Virus record (IMG/VR): IMGVR_UViG_3300024054_000362 | Span: 62,001 to 126,000 of that record | Strand: one strand, 5' to 3' | Length of the DNA stretch: 64,000 bases | Shown: piece after piece, positions 9,919-20,006 of the stretch | Numbering within the stretch: position 1 is the stretch's first letter | How the letters are laid out: each line of letters starts with the position of its first letter | Translations under genes and position numbers: made by a program | The notes under the pieces: generated by a model | Databases searched by the model: none | Seen by the model: the letters and a program-made list of their open reading frames with translations, nothing else | What the model was told of the DNA's origin: nothing

Positions 9919-10680
9919 ATGAAGAACAACGGCAATCTGGGTGACACCGACGGCTTCTCCGACGTCGGCGAGGTCGACATGTTCGGCCTCGATGAATTCG
10001 GACAACCTGCGGGCGGCGACTCCATGTGGGGTGCCGTCATCGGTGGTGGTGTCGGAACCGGCGTCGCGATGATCGCGCGCAAGATGACGAATAATCCGAC
10101 GAAGTCCATCCACAAGTTCTCCGAGCTGCTCGGCCTCGCGGCCGGCGGTATCGCAGGCGGCGTGATGATGGCGTTCCCGAGCACGCGTCGCATGGGCTGG
10201 GCTGCAGCCGCGACCGCGCTCGTGACGAACGGCCTACGTCAGCTGGAGAACTCGCTCGACAAGCAGGCGCAGCAGGCGGCGGCGAGCCCGACGGGTACGG
10301 CGCCGACGCCGACGCCGGCCGCGTTCGGTCGCGGCTTCGGCATCCCGACGATCGAGCCAGGCTACGTCGTCCCGGCCAACCTCCCAGCGATGGCGAACAA
10401 CGGCTTCGGTGCTGTGACGATCGATCCGGCCTTCCCGGTTCCGGGCTCGATCCACGGTGGCGGCATGGGCGGTGTCGTGATCGACCCGACCGCGGTGATC
10501 CAGCCGGGGCAGGGCTTCGGTCGCCCGGTCGAGCTGGTCGGTCCGCCGACGCTCGTCGGTGCCGGCGACTACGGTATGAGCGACAACGCGGGCGCGAACC
10601 AGACCAAGATCCTGGGCGGCCCGAGCCTGTCAGCCATGGGCGCGCACTTCGGCGCGACCCTGTTCGGCGGCAACAACTAG
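9919..10680 (+). CDS. Gly-rich membrane-associated internal virion protein
   Basis: strong codon bias, hydrophobic helices, repeated GFG-xx-I[ED]P; directly upstream of the putative MCP. Confidence 0.65.
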   Translation: MKNNGNLGDTDGFSDVGEVDMFGLDEFGQPAGGDSMWGAVIGGGVGTGVAMIARKMTNNPTKSIHKFSELLGLAAGGIAGGVMMAFPSTRRMGWAAAATALVTNGLRQLENSLDKQAQQAAASPTGTAPTPTPAAFGRGFGIPTIEPGYVVPANLPAMANNGFGAVTIDPAFPVPGSIHGGGMGGVVIDPTAVIQPGQGFGRPVELVGPPTLVGAGDYGMSDNAGANQTKILGGPSLSAMGAHFGATLFGGNN

Positions 10681-10694
10681 CGACCAACGCTGTT

Positions 10695-10803
10695 CAAGCG
10701 ATCCAGTCGCAACAACGACTGGGTCGTTTGGGCGATCGCTGGTCGGCGATCACGACGCCCGAAGCATGTTGCTTCGGGGTCATCAGGCGGCGTTGAGCCG
10801 CTC
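10695..10803 (+). promoter_or_regulatory. structured intergenic/leader RNA upstream of the putative MCP
   Basis: hairpins CAAGCGATCCAGTCG/CGACTGGGTCGTTTG, GATCGCT/GGCGATC, CCCGAAGCA/TGCTTCGGG, GCGGC/GCCGC. Confidence 0.45.
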
Positions 10804-10830
10804 CTCCCTCGACAACAAGGATACAAGACC

Positions 10831-11580
10831 ATGGCCGGAGCAGTTGGCGTAGCGCCATCAACCACCACCCTCACGCTGCCCGACGGCAGCACCATCGCCC
10901 TCGCGGACTGGATCGACGACAAGCTGTACGGCTCGGTCCAGTTCCAGAACGGGCTCACCACGCCGCTGGAGGCCTACTCGTCGGGCCGCAGCCAGCCGAT
11001 CCCCGGCGGCCAGCGCGTGCAGACGCGCGTCGACACCAACATCCCGCGCAACGGCGACTCCGGTCTGCCCAAGGACTGGGAGATGCTCGTCTATGGATGG
11101 GGCATCGAGGTCGTGCGCGTGATGCGCGCGCCGGACACCGCACCGGATCGCCCGACGCTGAAGGACGACTTCTCGACGGTGATCCCGGGCGCGGGCGCCC
11201 CGATCGCGCCGTTCGCGCTGTCGGATCCGCCGATGCTCGTGACGCTGTTCCAGATGGATCGTGTGACGTTCTTCCAGTACGAGTACAACGCCAAGTTCTA
11301 CACGCAGGGCGTCCTCCAGGACTACCCGCAGGGACACGGCTACAACGTGTTCTCGACGAACACGGCGTTCGAGCTGGCGCAGAACGGCGTGCCGTCGCCG
11401 CGCGACCGCGTCGCGCTCGTGCTCCCCGTGCACGAGCGCGAGAACCTCGGCTACAAAGGCATCTTTCAGCCCGAGGCACCGGTGCGCATCGCGCAAGCTG
11501 CATCGGATGGTGCTACGGCACTGAACTTCGCGGACGTCAAGCTCTACAAATACGGTCTAATCAAAAGAACCGTGGTGTGA
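10831..11580 (+). CDS. putative major capsid protein (single jelly-roll-like)
   Basis: very strong GC3 codon bias, beta-rich, no TM, KLYGS..TRVDTNIPRNGDSGLPKDWEMLVYGWGI motif, followed by a strong terminator; fold inferred, not searched. Confidence 0.5.
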   Translation: MAGAVGVAPSTTTLTLPDGSTIALADWIDDKLYGSVQFQNGLTTPLEAYSSGRSQPIPGGQRVQTRVDTNIPRNGDSGLPKDWEMLVYGWGIEVVRVMRAPDTAPDRPTLKDDFSTVIPGAGAPIAPFALSDPPMLVTLFQMDRVTFFQYEYNAKFYTQGVLQDYPQGHGYNVFSTNTAFELAQNGVPSPRDRVALVLPVHERENLGYKGIFQPEAPVRIAQAASDGATALNFADVKLYKYGLIKRTVV

Positions 11581-11607
11581 GCAACTACGCGTTATTTAAC
11601 GCGTAAT

Positions 11608-11640
11608 ACGGCTACCAAGGGAAACCTTGGTAGCCGTTTT
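11608..11640 (+). terminator. intrinsic terminator
   Basis: ACGGCTACCAAGG-GAAA-CCTTGGTAGCCGT followed by a T run. Confidence 0.8.
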
Positions 11641-11738
11641 GGTTATGTAGTCAAATTTTCACGTCGATCAGTCGCGTACATGAAGAAGTTAGCGTGAAAG
11701 ATTGACAGCTAACGTGAAAACGTGACAAAACTTTCTCG

Positions 11739-13364
11739 ATGACAAGTTTGTCCACGCGTTTTTGGGCACTTACCGAGCAAGTTGATGGATGTTGTGTGTG
11801 GCGTGGCGGACAGTCAAACGGCCATGCGCGGTTTCATCTTCTCGCCGACGAGCGTGCTGTCTTCGAAGGTCGACGCGACATCTCTGCGCAACTTGTCGCA
11901 TGGTATCTGACCCACAACACCACCGAGCGCTTCGTCGATCGCACGTGTGGCAACACGCTCTGCGTCGAGCCAACACATCTTGAAGTGCGAACGATCGCCT
12001 CACGCTTCTGGCGAAACGTCGATCGTAGTGACGCGAACGGTTGTTGGCCGTGGAGAGGCGGCAAACACACCTTCGGATACGGCTCGACGAGTCACGGCTC
12101 GGCACATCGTATGGCCTACGAGCTTACTTACGGCGCAATCCCCGAAGGTGCCGTCGTGCGGCATACCTGCCATCAGCCGACGTGCTGTCGTCCCGATCAT
12201 CTCAAACTCGGTACGCAACGCGACAACGTCCACGACGCCATAGAAGCCGGACGAATGAACTACGCACGCGGTGAACGGATCCCACTCGCGAAATTCACCG
12301 ATGCACAAGCGGCAGCCATTTGTGAAGTCTTCACGGCGATGCGTAAAAACGCTGCTGAACCCAAACGTGAATCCATAGACAAGCTCGCACGCGCGTTGAA
12401 CGTCAATGCACGTACGGTCTGGCGGGTCGTCACCAACCGTGCATATCAAGATGTCGCCGTCGACGGTTCAACCGCGGGTGTTCTTCAGGCACTGCGTAGG
12501 CAAGGCTTCCCATGGCAAACAGTTCTCGACGTCGAAGAAGATCCTATCGCGCGTGTGCGCAATGCCAAGCTTGTCGTCGAGCACGACATCGTTACCAGCG
12601 TTGGAAGCGGCGGTCAGGCAACCTGTCTTCAGGCGCATCCACACCGATTCGCGGCGCGGCACCGCGGGCAACTATCTCTGATTGAAGCGTTCAACGATGA
12701 TGCCACGCTGACGCGCGCCATTCAGTACCAACAACGTCGCGGCGATCCCACTACACCAGCTAGCGTCGTACGCGCGCTTCAAGCGTTGGTGCGTTCACCG
12801 CGCAACTTCCCGCCTGCACTCGCGCGTTGGATCGTCGATGAATATGCACCAGAACATGGAACTGTTCTCGATCCGTGTTCTGGTTACGGTGGTCGCTTGC
12901 TTGGTGCAATAGCAAGCACGAAGAACGTGTGTTACATCGGACGTGACATCAACCCCGACTCCGTCCGCGGCAACCAACAGCTAGCGCAACAGTTGAAGGT
13001 CGACGAACGCGTCACGCAAACGCTCGCGTCCGTCCTCGACGACGATTGGCCCTCGGCGGATTTGATTTTCACGAGCCCGCCGTACTTCAACATCGAGGAC
13101 TACAGCAACGAGCCTGGTACGGAAACGTACGAGAGCTGGCGCGACGGCTTTTTGACGACGCTGATTGCACGCGCGCTCGCGGCTGCACCGCGACTTGTGC
13201 TCAACGTGGCTGCCGTAGGCGAACATGATCTTCCAACTGACGCTGTGCGGATTGCTGAGGTGCTAGGCGGTCGCATTGAGCGGATGTTGACATGGCCGCT
13301 ACGAAGTTTCGGTCGTGGTCCGCGCCGCGAGGAGAAGATCCTTGTCTTTCGATGTACCTTGTGA
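11739..13364 (+). CDS. HNH endonuclease - HTH - DNA amino-methyltransferase fusion
   Basis: CWPWRG..AHRMAY..VRHTCHQPTCCRPDHL (HNH) plus a degenerate upstream copy; LDPCSGYGG (SAM motif I) and FTSPPY (motif IV). Confidence 0.8.
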   Translation: MTSLSTRFWALTEQVDGCCVWRGGQSNGHARFHLLADERAVFEGRRDISAQLVAWYLTHNTTERFVDRTCGNTLCVEPTHLEVRTIASRFWRNVDRSDANGCWPWRGGKHTFGYGSTSHGSAHRMAYELTYGAIPEGAVVRHTCHQPTCCRPDHLKLGTQRDNVHDAIEAGRMNYARGERIPLAKFTDAQAAAICEVFTAMRKNAAEPKRESIDKLARALNVNARTVWRVVTNRAYQDVAVDGSTAGVLQALRRQGFPWQTVLDVEEDPIARVRNAKLVVEHDIVTSVGSGGQATCLQAHPHRFAARHRGQLSLIEAFNDDATLTRAIQYQQRRGDPTTPASVVRALQALVRSPRNFPPALARWIVDEYAPEHGTVLDPCSGYGGRLLGAIASTKNVCYIGRDINPDSVRGNQQLAQQLKVDERVTQTLASVLDDDWPSADLIFTSPPYFNIEDYSNEPGTETYESWRDGFLTTLIARALAAAPRLVLNVAAVGEHDLPTDAVRIAEVLGGRIERMLTWPLRSFGRGPRREEKILVFRCTL

Positions 13365-13783
13365 CCATGTCCTGGCGCCAAACCATCGACGCTTTGAAGC
13401 GCGACGCCTTCACGAACACGATCGAAGATCCGACACCGACGCCCGAAGCGCGCGCCGTCATCGAAGACGCTCTCCGCGCGCCCACAGCCGACGCCCAGAT
13501 GGCCCAAATCCGAACCGCAGCCCGTCAAGGTCTCGACGTCGGATTTGGTGTAGGCGCGACGTGCTCCGCACACGGCTGGAAGATCTCACTGAGCCGGATG
13601 CGACGCCCTAGCGGCTACATCTGGCATCTCGTTGCGTCACGGCGCACGTTCGTGAACGTCGCGCAGGATCTAAAAAAGCTCGGCCAGATCGTCGCACACC
13701 TTGGCGGACCGCGCGATGCGCTCGTGATCCCCGAAGATCCGACGCAGGTACATCATTGGCGTTGGCCGGAGATCGCCAGCTGA
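13361..13783 (+). CDS. hypothetical protein
   Basis: GTG overlaps the upstream TGA. Confidence 0.5.
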   Translation: MTMSWRQTIDALKRDAFTNTIEDPTPTPEARAVIEDALRAPTADAQMAQIRTAARQGLDVGFGVGATCSAHGWKISLSRMRRPSGYIWHLVASRRTFVNVAQDLKKLGQIVAHLGGPRDALVIPEDPTQVHHWRWPEIAS

Positions 13784-13811
13784 CACCGCGCACCTGTGTT
13801 ACGTTGAGCCT

Positions 13812-14021
13812 ATGACCACCCAGCGCCCAACTTCCACCAAGGCGCTCAACGCCTTCCTCGTCGCTCGCGGCCTGACGTTGACCGTCGCACTCTCACAGGT
13901 CGGCGGCGATGTCGCCCTCCTCAACGAGGAGACTATCAGCGACGACATGATCGGCAAGATCGCACGTCGCTACGGCCTGACGTTCGAGCAACTGCGTGAC
14001 GGCGCCGCAGCGCACGCGTAA
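13812..14021 (+). CDS. small XRE-like DNA-binding protein
   Basis: 69 aa, helical, ..KIARRYGLTFEQL. Confidence 0.4.
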   Translation: MTTQRPTSTKALNAFLVARGLTLTVALSQVGGDVALLNEETISDDMIGKIARRYGLTFEQLRDGAAAHA

Positions 14022-14607
14022 GCGTAGCGTCCATATACACAGATCACTCACAGATCACCGTGATCTTCTTCTTGGTACGGATGATCTTCGCCAGCATTTC
14101 GAAAAACGCTGCGATGTCTTCACCGTCCGCACTCGAAAATTCACAAATCACGCGCGCTGCCAGAAGCTGTCTCGGCAGAGGCTTGGTAGGTACGCGACTC
14201 TCCGGTGGCTCGATGTCGTCAACGATCGTCTTCTCGACCTCGTCTATCGCCGACCGCGCCGCATGGCGCTGACCAACATCATGGCCACACGGTGTAACTA
14301 ACGTCGTTCCAATCGGGCACGTGTTGCATGCGTCGCCGCGACAGAACGGACACGTCGGACCTGGGCACGTGAGCGGCGAGATGTCTCTAGGTTACCCGAG
14401 TTGTCGATCGCTGGAGCGATCCAGTCGCGCACGGCATCTTGCTCTCGACTTGGCGGTCGTGTTACGGCTGACACCGCGATCGATGAGTTAGGGGTTGGTC
14501 TGCACCGTACGTAACGCCTCGATTTGATTTGGGAAAATCTCCGTTGTCAGACAGCTCCTGTAGCGTTGATCGCGTTCAACCGACCGTTTCAGAAGGAGCA
14601 CGAGAGC

Positions 14608-16917
14608 ATGGGGAAGAAGATCGACGCCGTTTCGTTCGAGATCGACAAGGGCCTCTACCTGATCGAGCAGACGATCAGTCCGGGACAATCAACCAAGGCT
14701 GCCGAAACGCCGACCAATCACATCGCCGTCATCGACTGCTCGGGCAGCATGACCAGCGATCTGCCGCGCATCCGCGAACAGCTCAAGAAGAAGCTGCCGA
14801 AACTGCTCAAGGACGGCGACACGCTCTCGATGATCTGGTTCTCGGGCAAGGGCGAGACTGGCGCTCTGTTCGAGGCCGAACCTGTCGCGACGCTCGCCGA
14901 TCTCAACGACGTCAACAAGGCCGTCGACCGCTGGCTGCGCCCGATTGGCCTGACCGGCTTCAAGGAGCCGCTCGTCGAGGTCGAGAAGCTCGTCGGCCGC
15001 GTCGCCAAGAAGAACAAGAACCCGTTCTCGCTCTTCTTCATGAGCGACGGCTGCGACAACCAGTGGCCGCGCGCCGACATCCTGAAGGTCGTCGAGAAGA
15101 CGGCCGGCGTTCTGGCTTCGTCAACGTTCGTCGAGTACGGCTACTACGCCGACCGACCGCTGCTCGCCGCGATGGCCGAGAAGGCCGGCGGAACGCACAT
15201 TCACGCCGATGCCTTCGACAAGTACGAGGTCACGTTCGAGGCTTCGATGCAGAAGCGGCCGATGGCGGGCAAGCGCGTCGAGGTCGCTGTCGGCGGCGAC
15301 CCGATCGGCGGCTTCGCGTGGACGATCACGTGCGACGACGATCTCGTCACCTATGACGCGTCGACCGGCAAAACGTCCGTCCCCGAATTCACCGAAGCTA
15401 TCTACTACTTGTCGCCGACCGCCGTCGGCAACACAGGACTCCTGGCAGACCGCGCCGAGAGGGAGGCATCCGGCAAGGCGCGTTGCGCGATCAGCCCCGC
15501 GCACGCGGCGATGTCACTCTTCGCCGTTCGCATGAAGCCGGACATCGTCTACCCGATCCTGAAGGCACTCGGCGACGTCGCATTCATCGATCAATTCAGC
15601 GTGTGCTTCGGCAAGCAGAAGTACTCCGAATTCATGGACGCCGCGAAACTCGCCGCCGTCGACGAGACCAAGCGCTACACGAAGGGCCGCGACCCCAAGA
15701 AAGTCCCAACCGACGATGCGTTCACGGTGCTCGATCTACTCCGCGTGCTTTCTGAAGACGATAACACGCGGTTGCTCCTCGATCACCCCGACTTCAAGTA
15801 CTCGCGGATCAGCCGCGGACGCGTCGACGCCGACGAAAACCTGACCGCCGACGAACAGCTCGCCGTCGAGGTCATCCGTCAACAGATGGCCGGCGAGAAG
15901 TCCGCCAAGCGTCTCAAGGAGCTACAGTCTGAACTGGACGGCGTTCTCGCAGCCAAGCGCGACGCACTCAAGTTCGTGGCCGACGAAGCGCCGGACGGCT
16001 ATGCGATCTCAGGCCTCGTGTTCAACGAGAACAGCCCGAACATCAGCGTGCGCGTCAGGAAGACCGGCAAGGTCGATCTGTCGTCGCGTCCGGATCACGC
16101 CAAGTACAAGATCCCGACGAGCTTCCAGACGCACATCTGGCGCAACTACGCGATCGTGAGCCACGGCCTCGTGAACGTCGACAAGCTACCGGTTCGAATG
16201 TCGAAGACGGTGTGGGACACGCTTCACAAGGCGGGTGTTGCGATGTCCGATGACGGACACGGAACCGTCGTCATCGATGTGAAGCCGCTGCCGATCATCA
16301 ACCGCAAGATGGTCAAGGCGGTCTCCGCGAAAGACATCATCGAGCTGGAATATGAGCTGACGCGGGCTCGCGCCGCGCAGAAGGTCTACAAGGCCTACCA
16401 GGGCGAGCTGTTCCCGGACGCGAAGACCAAGAGCTTTGCCGATCTCTACGGTGAAGACGGCGCGACGTGGCTCAAGGACAACGGCTTCACGTACAACGGC
16501 TTCGCGCCGAAGATGGTCCAGGCCGAGAGCAAGGACTTCATCGTCGGCAAGGAGCTGGAGGTGAAGCTCAAGGGCTACTCGACGCTGCCGTCGCTCAAGG
16601 ACGCCAAGGCGAAGATGGGCGGCAAGATGAACGGCCCGACTGCGCTCATGGCGAAGGTGATCAACGAGGTCGACGACTTCCTCAAGAAGAACCCGAAGAA
16701 CCTCCACGAGAAGTGGCTCACGGGACAGACGCAGGCGCAGATCGCGAAGACCCGTGGCCTCATCTACCAGACGGCGCAGATCAAGTTCGGGATCATCGTG
16801 GGCCAGGTCTGGTTCAATGAATGGTCGAGCCTCGACGAAAACACCATGACGGTGAAGATCGACGGGCAGGAGATCGTCGGCGTCTGCGAGATGCGCGAGA
16901 TTGAGATCAGGATCTAG
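14608..16917 (+). CDS. large vWA-domain protein
   Basis: AGGAG RBS; MIDAS motif IDCSGSM, T, FMSDG; strong codon bias. Confidence 0.8.
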   Translation: MGKKIDAVSFEIDKGLYLIEQTISPGQSTKAAETPTNHIAVIDCSGSMTSDLPRIREQLKKKLPKLLKDGDTLSMIWFSGKGETGALFEAEPVATLADLNDVNKAVDRWLRPIGLTGFKEPLVEVEKLVGRVAKKNKNPFSLFFMSDGCDNQWPRADILKVVEKTAGVLASSTFVEYGYYADRPLLAAMAEKAGGTHIHADAFDKYEVTFEASMQKRPMAGKRVEVAVGGDPIGGFAWTITCDDDLVTYDASTGKTSVPEFTEAIYYLSPTAVGNTGLLADRAEREASGKARCAISPAHAAMSLFAVRMKPDIVYPILKALGDVAFIDQFSVCFGKQKYSEFMDAAKLAAVDETKRYTKGRDPKKVPTDDAFTVLDLLRVLSEDDNTRLLLDHPDFKYSRISRGRVDADENLTADEQLAVEVIRQQMAGEKSAKRLKELQSELDGVLAAKRDALKFVADEAPDGYAISGLVFNENSPNISVRVRKTGKVDLSSRPDHAKYKIPTSFQTHIWRNYAIVSHGLVNVDKLPVRMSKTVWDTLHKAGVAMSDDGHGTVVIDVKPLPIINRKMVKAVSAKDIIELEYELTRARAAQKVYKAYQGELFPDAKTKSFADLYGEDGATWLKDNGFTYNGFAPKMVQAESKDFIVGKELEVKLKGYSTLPSLKDAKAKMGGKMNGPTALMAKVINEVDDFLKKNPKNLHEKWLTGQTQAQIAKTRGLIYQTAQIKFGIIVGQVWFNEWSSLDENTMTVKIDGQEIVGVCEMREIEIRI

Positions 16918-17825
16918 GACATCGCCTTCCAGCCGTCGTAGCTGTGCACAGACTGCCCCAGGAAGCTCGCGTTCGCGGTCACGCGAAACTGGTTTGAGAT
17001 CAGCGAGTGCTGTGCTTCCATTGTGGCCTTGCTCATGCCGAAGTACGTCACGTATGCGGGCGTGACACTGATGGTCTCCGAGCCTGCATAGAGCCCGAAG
17101 TTCTTGCCCTGCTGGCTCGCGTAGTCGTACCAAGGCTGGAACAGCGAGATTTGACCGGGGCCGTCGGTGCCGTTGTCGGCGGCGTGGTTGCGGTAGGAGC
17201 CGACAGCAACGAAGTCACACACGTCCATCAGATGCTCGCCGTCCTGCGCGCTCTTGCCGTTGTACGAGATGCTCGGGCGCGTGCCGGTGTTGTCCTTCAA
17301 ATAGAACGCCGCGAAGCAGCCGACTTCGAGGTTCGTCATCTGCTTCGTCGCCTTGATCAGATCGCACAGACCCGGCAGGTTCGTCGCGGGCGGGTACGTG
17401 ACTTCGTCGCTCCAGTACTCGACATCGTAGATGACGCCGTCGAAGCAACCTGAGATGTCCTGCGACTGTGCGTTGAACGCCATGATCGCGTTCAGGATGT
17501 TTTTGGTCACCCACGACTGGTTGGTGCCCCAGTCCGGCGAGCCGCACAGCGCGTAGACCTTGATGCCTGAACGCTTCGCGCGGTCTACGAACTGGCGCAT
17601 ACGGTCACGCTTTGTGTTCGTCCAGTTGCTACCGCCGAGGTAGAGCCAGATGTCGAGGAAGATGACGTTGCAGCCGACGGTGCCGCAGAAGTTGAGCAGG
17701 TTCTGCTGATCGGTATCGGTGTCGAGCGGATCTTGTGCTGCGTTCGATGTCACCCACGTGAACATTGCGCGGTTGATGTTGCTGTTGGGCGGGACAGGAC
17801 GATTGGTCAGCGGGGTCACAGCCAT
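16914..17825 (-). CDS. glycoside hydrolase-like TIM-barrel protein
   Basis: GAGGAG RBS before MAVTP; AKRSGIKVYALCG, FDGVIYDVEYW, YAGSET. Confidence 0.55.
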   Translation of the reverse strand: MAVTPLTNRPVPPNSNINRAMFTWVTSNAAQDPLDTDTDQQNLLNFCGTVGCNVIFLDIWLYLGGSNWTNTKRDRMRQFVDRAKRSGIKVYALCGSPDWGTNQSWVTKNILNAIMAFNAQSQDISGCFDGVIYDVEYWSDEVTYPPATNLPGLCDLIKATKQMTNLEVGCFAAFYLKDNTGTRPSISYNGKSAQDGEHLMDVCDFVAVGSYRNHAADNGTDGPGQISLFQPWYDYASQQGKNFGLYAGSETISVTPAYVTYFGMSKATMEAQHSLISNQFRVTANASFLGQSVHSYDGWKAMS

Positions 17826-17844
17826 AGTGGTTTCTCCTCTTGAG

Positions 17845-18603
17845 TTAGAACTGCATGTACTCGAAACCGGCGACCGCTGTCGAGGCCGTTGCTGCGACAG
17901 GTCGTTCGACGAGCCATACAAAGTCAGGGCCCGGAACAGCAAGAGGGATCTTAAGTTCGTTCTTGAACGAGTTTGCTGCCGCGTGGACGATCGTCGGGCC
18001 GATCTGCAGCTGCGGTAAGTTCGTCGCCAACGGATTTCCCGACCGGTTCAGGTTGGTCTGTCCTGCGACAACCGTCGCCCCCGCGACGATGCCGAGCAGA
18101 TAGCACGTCACGCCTGCAGGAACGTAGTGGTGCGCCCAAAACGTTTGGTTGTCGCTTGCAGCGATCGATCCCCAGATCGCGCCTGTGCCGTTGTTCGCGG
18201 TCCACAGCTGGATCGTGCCGACGTTACCGCCCGCCGAGCCGACTGTGTCGACGACGATCGACTCGATGAATGCAATGTCGGTCGCGACCGTCGCGACCGC
18301 CGTCAAACCGTTGAGTGCAACGACCTCACTCTTGAGCACGAAGTTCGTGTCGAGATAATTGATCGTGACGGTGCGGGCACCCGTACCGGCCGCTGTGTCG
18401 TTCGCGTTCGTCGAATTGACGCTGCGCTGCGCGTTCGCACCCTGTGGCGCGTACGTCGTCGCGCGGATCACCTTGCCGGTGGTTGCGCTCGTCGCGGTGT
18501 AGCCTTGCACACGTCCTGTGACGGCAACACCGTTACCGACCTGCCCCATGGCCAAGGACCAGGAGCCGTCGAGGATCGTGAGAGCGGTATCGAAGAGGGC
18601 CAT
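17845..18603 (-). CDS. beta-rich spike/fibre-like virion protein
   Basis: shares ANAQRS..ANDTAAGTGAR..NQT.WA.HYV with the C-half of 18607-19965. Confidence 0.6.
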   Translation of the reverse strand: MALFDTALTILDGSWSLAMGQVGNGVAVTGRVQGYTATSATTGKVIRATTYAPQGANAQRSVNSTNANDTAAGTGARTVTINYLDTNFVLKSEVVALNGLTAVATVATDIAFIESIVVDTVGSAGGNVGTIQLWTANNGTGAIWGSIAASDNQTFWAHHYVPAGVTCYLLGIVAGATVVAGQTNLNRSGNPLATNLPQLQIGPTIVHAAANSFKNELKIPLAVPGPDFVWLVERPVAATASTAVAGFEYMQF

Positions 18604-18606
18604 AGA

Positions 18607-19965
18607 TTACTGATCGTAGTAGTCGAAGCTCGCACGGGTGGTGATGCTCGGTGTGCCTTCAGGCGCGCCGTAGAGGAGTAGACGTGCCGGACCTGTCACG
18701 ATCAGCGGAACGGTGCGAGGCCGTGATGCTTGAATTCCGCCCCTACCGCCGACGCGGATGAAGTCGCTGATCTGAATGTCTGGGGCCGTACCACCAAGCG
18801 ACTTACTGCGCAATGTCACGATCGTACCGTTGGACGCGTTGCTGTTGTGGCCCGAGATGATCGAGACGCTACATTGTTTACCCGTCGCGACATAGTGCTG
18901 CGCCCACAGTGTTTGGTTGTCACCTGCGTTGACTGTCGCGAGCGTACCGCCACCGCCTGCCGTCGCGTTGAACAGCGTCAAGATACCCGCGTTCTGACCG
19001 CCCGAGCCGACGGAGATGACCTTGATCGACTCGATGTAGCAGATGTTCGTTGCGACGGTGTTGACCGCCGCGACGCCGTTGAGCGTGACATCTTCCGTGA
19101 ACGGACCTGTGAACGTCGCGGTGTAGTACGTGATCCGAACCTGGCGTGCACCGGTACCGGCGGCTGTATCATTTGCATTCGCCGACGAAATCGAACGTTG
19201 CGCGTTCGCGGCAGGCTCGTTGTACGTCGATGCACGGATCGGCACGTTGGTCGTCGCCGCGGTTGTGACCGTACCGAACTGTGTGCCTTTGATGTTCGTT
19301 GAATCGAGTGTTGTGAGCGTCGAGTTTTCAACCGCCGACGCACGAAGCTGACACGACGCCGTGCCTGATGTGAACGCCGACACACGCACGCGAACGTGCG
19401 AAGCGCCGCTCGACGCGAAGAACGATCGTGCCGTTGCCGTGTTCGCGGCACTAAATACCAAACTCGATGCTGTCAGATCTGTCGTCGGATCGAAAAAGAA
19501 CGTCGAGACCCACGTCGTACCGCCATCAAACGAAAGCTCGGCGACGAGCGTGCCGATCAACGTACCGGCCGAGAGTTGCATGCCCGCGCCTGCGAGACCC
19601 GCAAGCGCGACTTGCACCGCAACGTTGAGCGCGTTCAGGTTACCGGTCGACGTGACATCCGTGGCGCCCGTCGTACCGATGATCAACTTGCCGGTGGCGT
19701 CGGTCAGTAGCGTACGCGCGTTTGCGCCGTCGGAGCCCGCGACAAGTACTGGGTTGCCCGCGACCGCCGCGCCGCTCGCTGCCGCACCGACCGCCAACTG
19801 ACGCCCTGACGCGTCGAGGAGAATAAACCGCGCGTTCGTGCCGTCGGAACCTGCTGCGAGAAGCCCGCGTGTACCGACCGGAATCGCGACACCGTTGGCG
19901 ACAGCCAGCTCGACCCCGTTGGAGTCGTAGAGCATGACGTCGGGTGTCTGATCGGTAACCGGCAT
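18607..19965 (-). CDS. spike/fibre-like virion protein
   Basis: AGSDGxNAR repeats, Ala/Thr/Gly-rich beta domains. Confidence 0.6.
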   Translation of the reverse strand: MPVTDQTPDVMLYDSNGVELAVANGVAIPVGTRGLLAAGSDGTNARFILLDASGRQLAVGAAASGAAVAGNPVLVAGSDGANARTLLTDATGKLIIGTTGATDVTSTGNLNALNVAVQVALAGLAGAGMQLSAGTLIGTLVAELSFDGGTTWVSTFFFDPTTDLTASSLVFSAANTATARSFFASSGASHVRVRVSAFTSGTASCQLRASAVENSTLTTLDSTNIKGTQFGTVTTAATTNVPIRASTYNEPAANAQRSISSANANDTAAGTGARQVRITYYTATFTGPFTEDVTLNGVAAVNTVATNICYIESIKVISVGSGGQNAGILTLFNATAGGGGTLATVNAGDNQTLWAQHYVATGKQCSVSIISGHNSNASNGTIVTLRSKSLGGTAPDIQISDFIRVGGRGGIQASRPRTVPLIVTGPARLLLYGAPEGTPSITTRASFDYYDQ

Positions 19966-20006
19966 CGGTCGGGTCCGACGCTATCCCATCGCAGTCGCTG
20001 GTGCGA

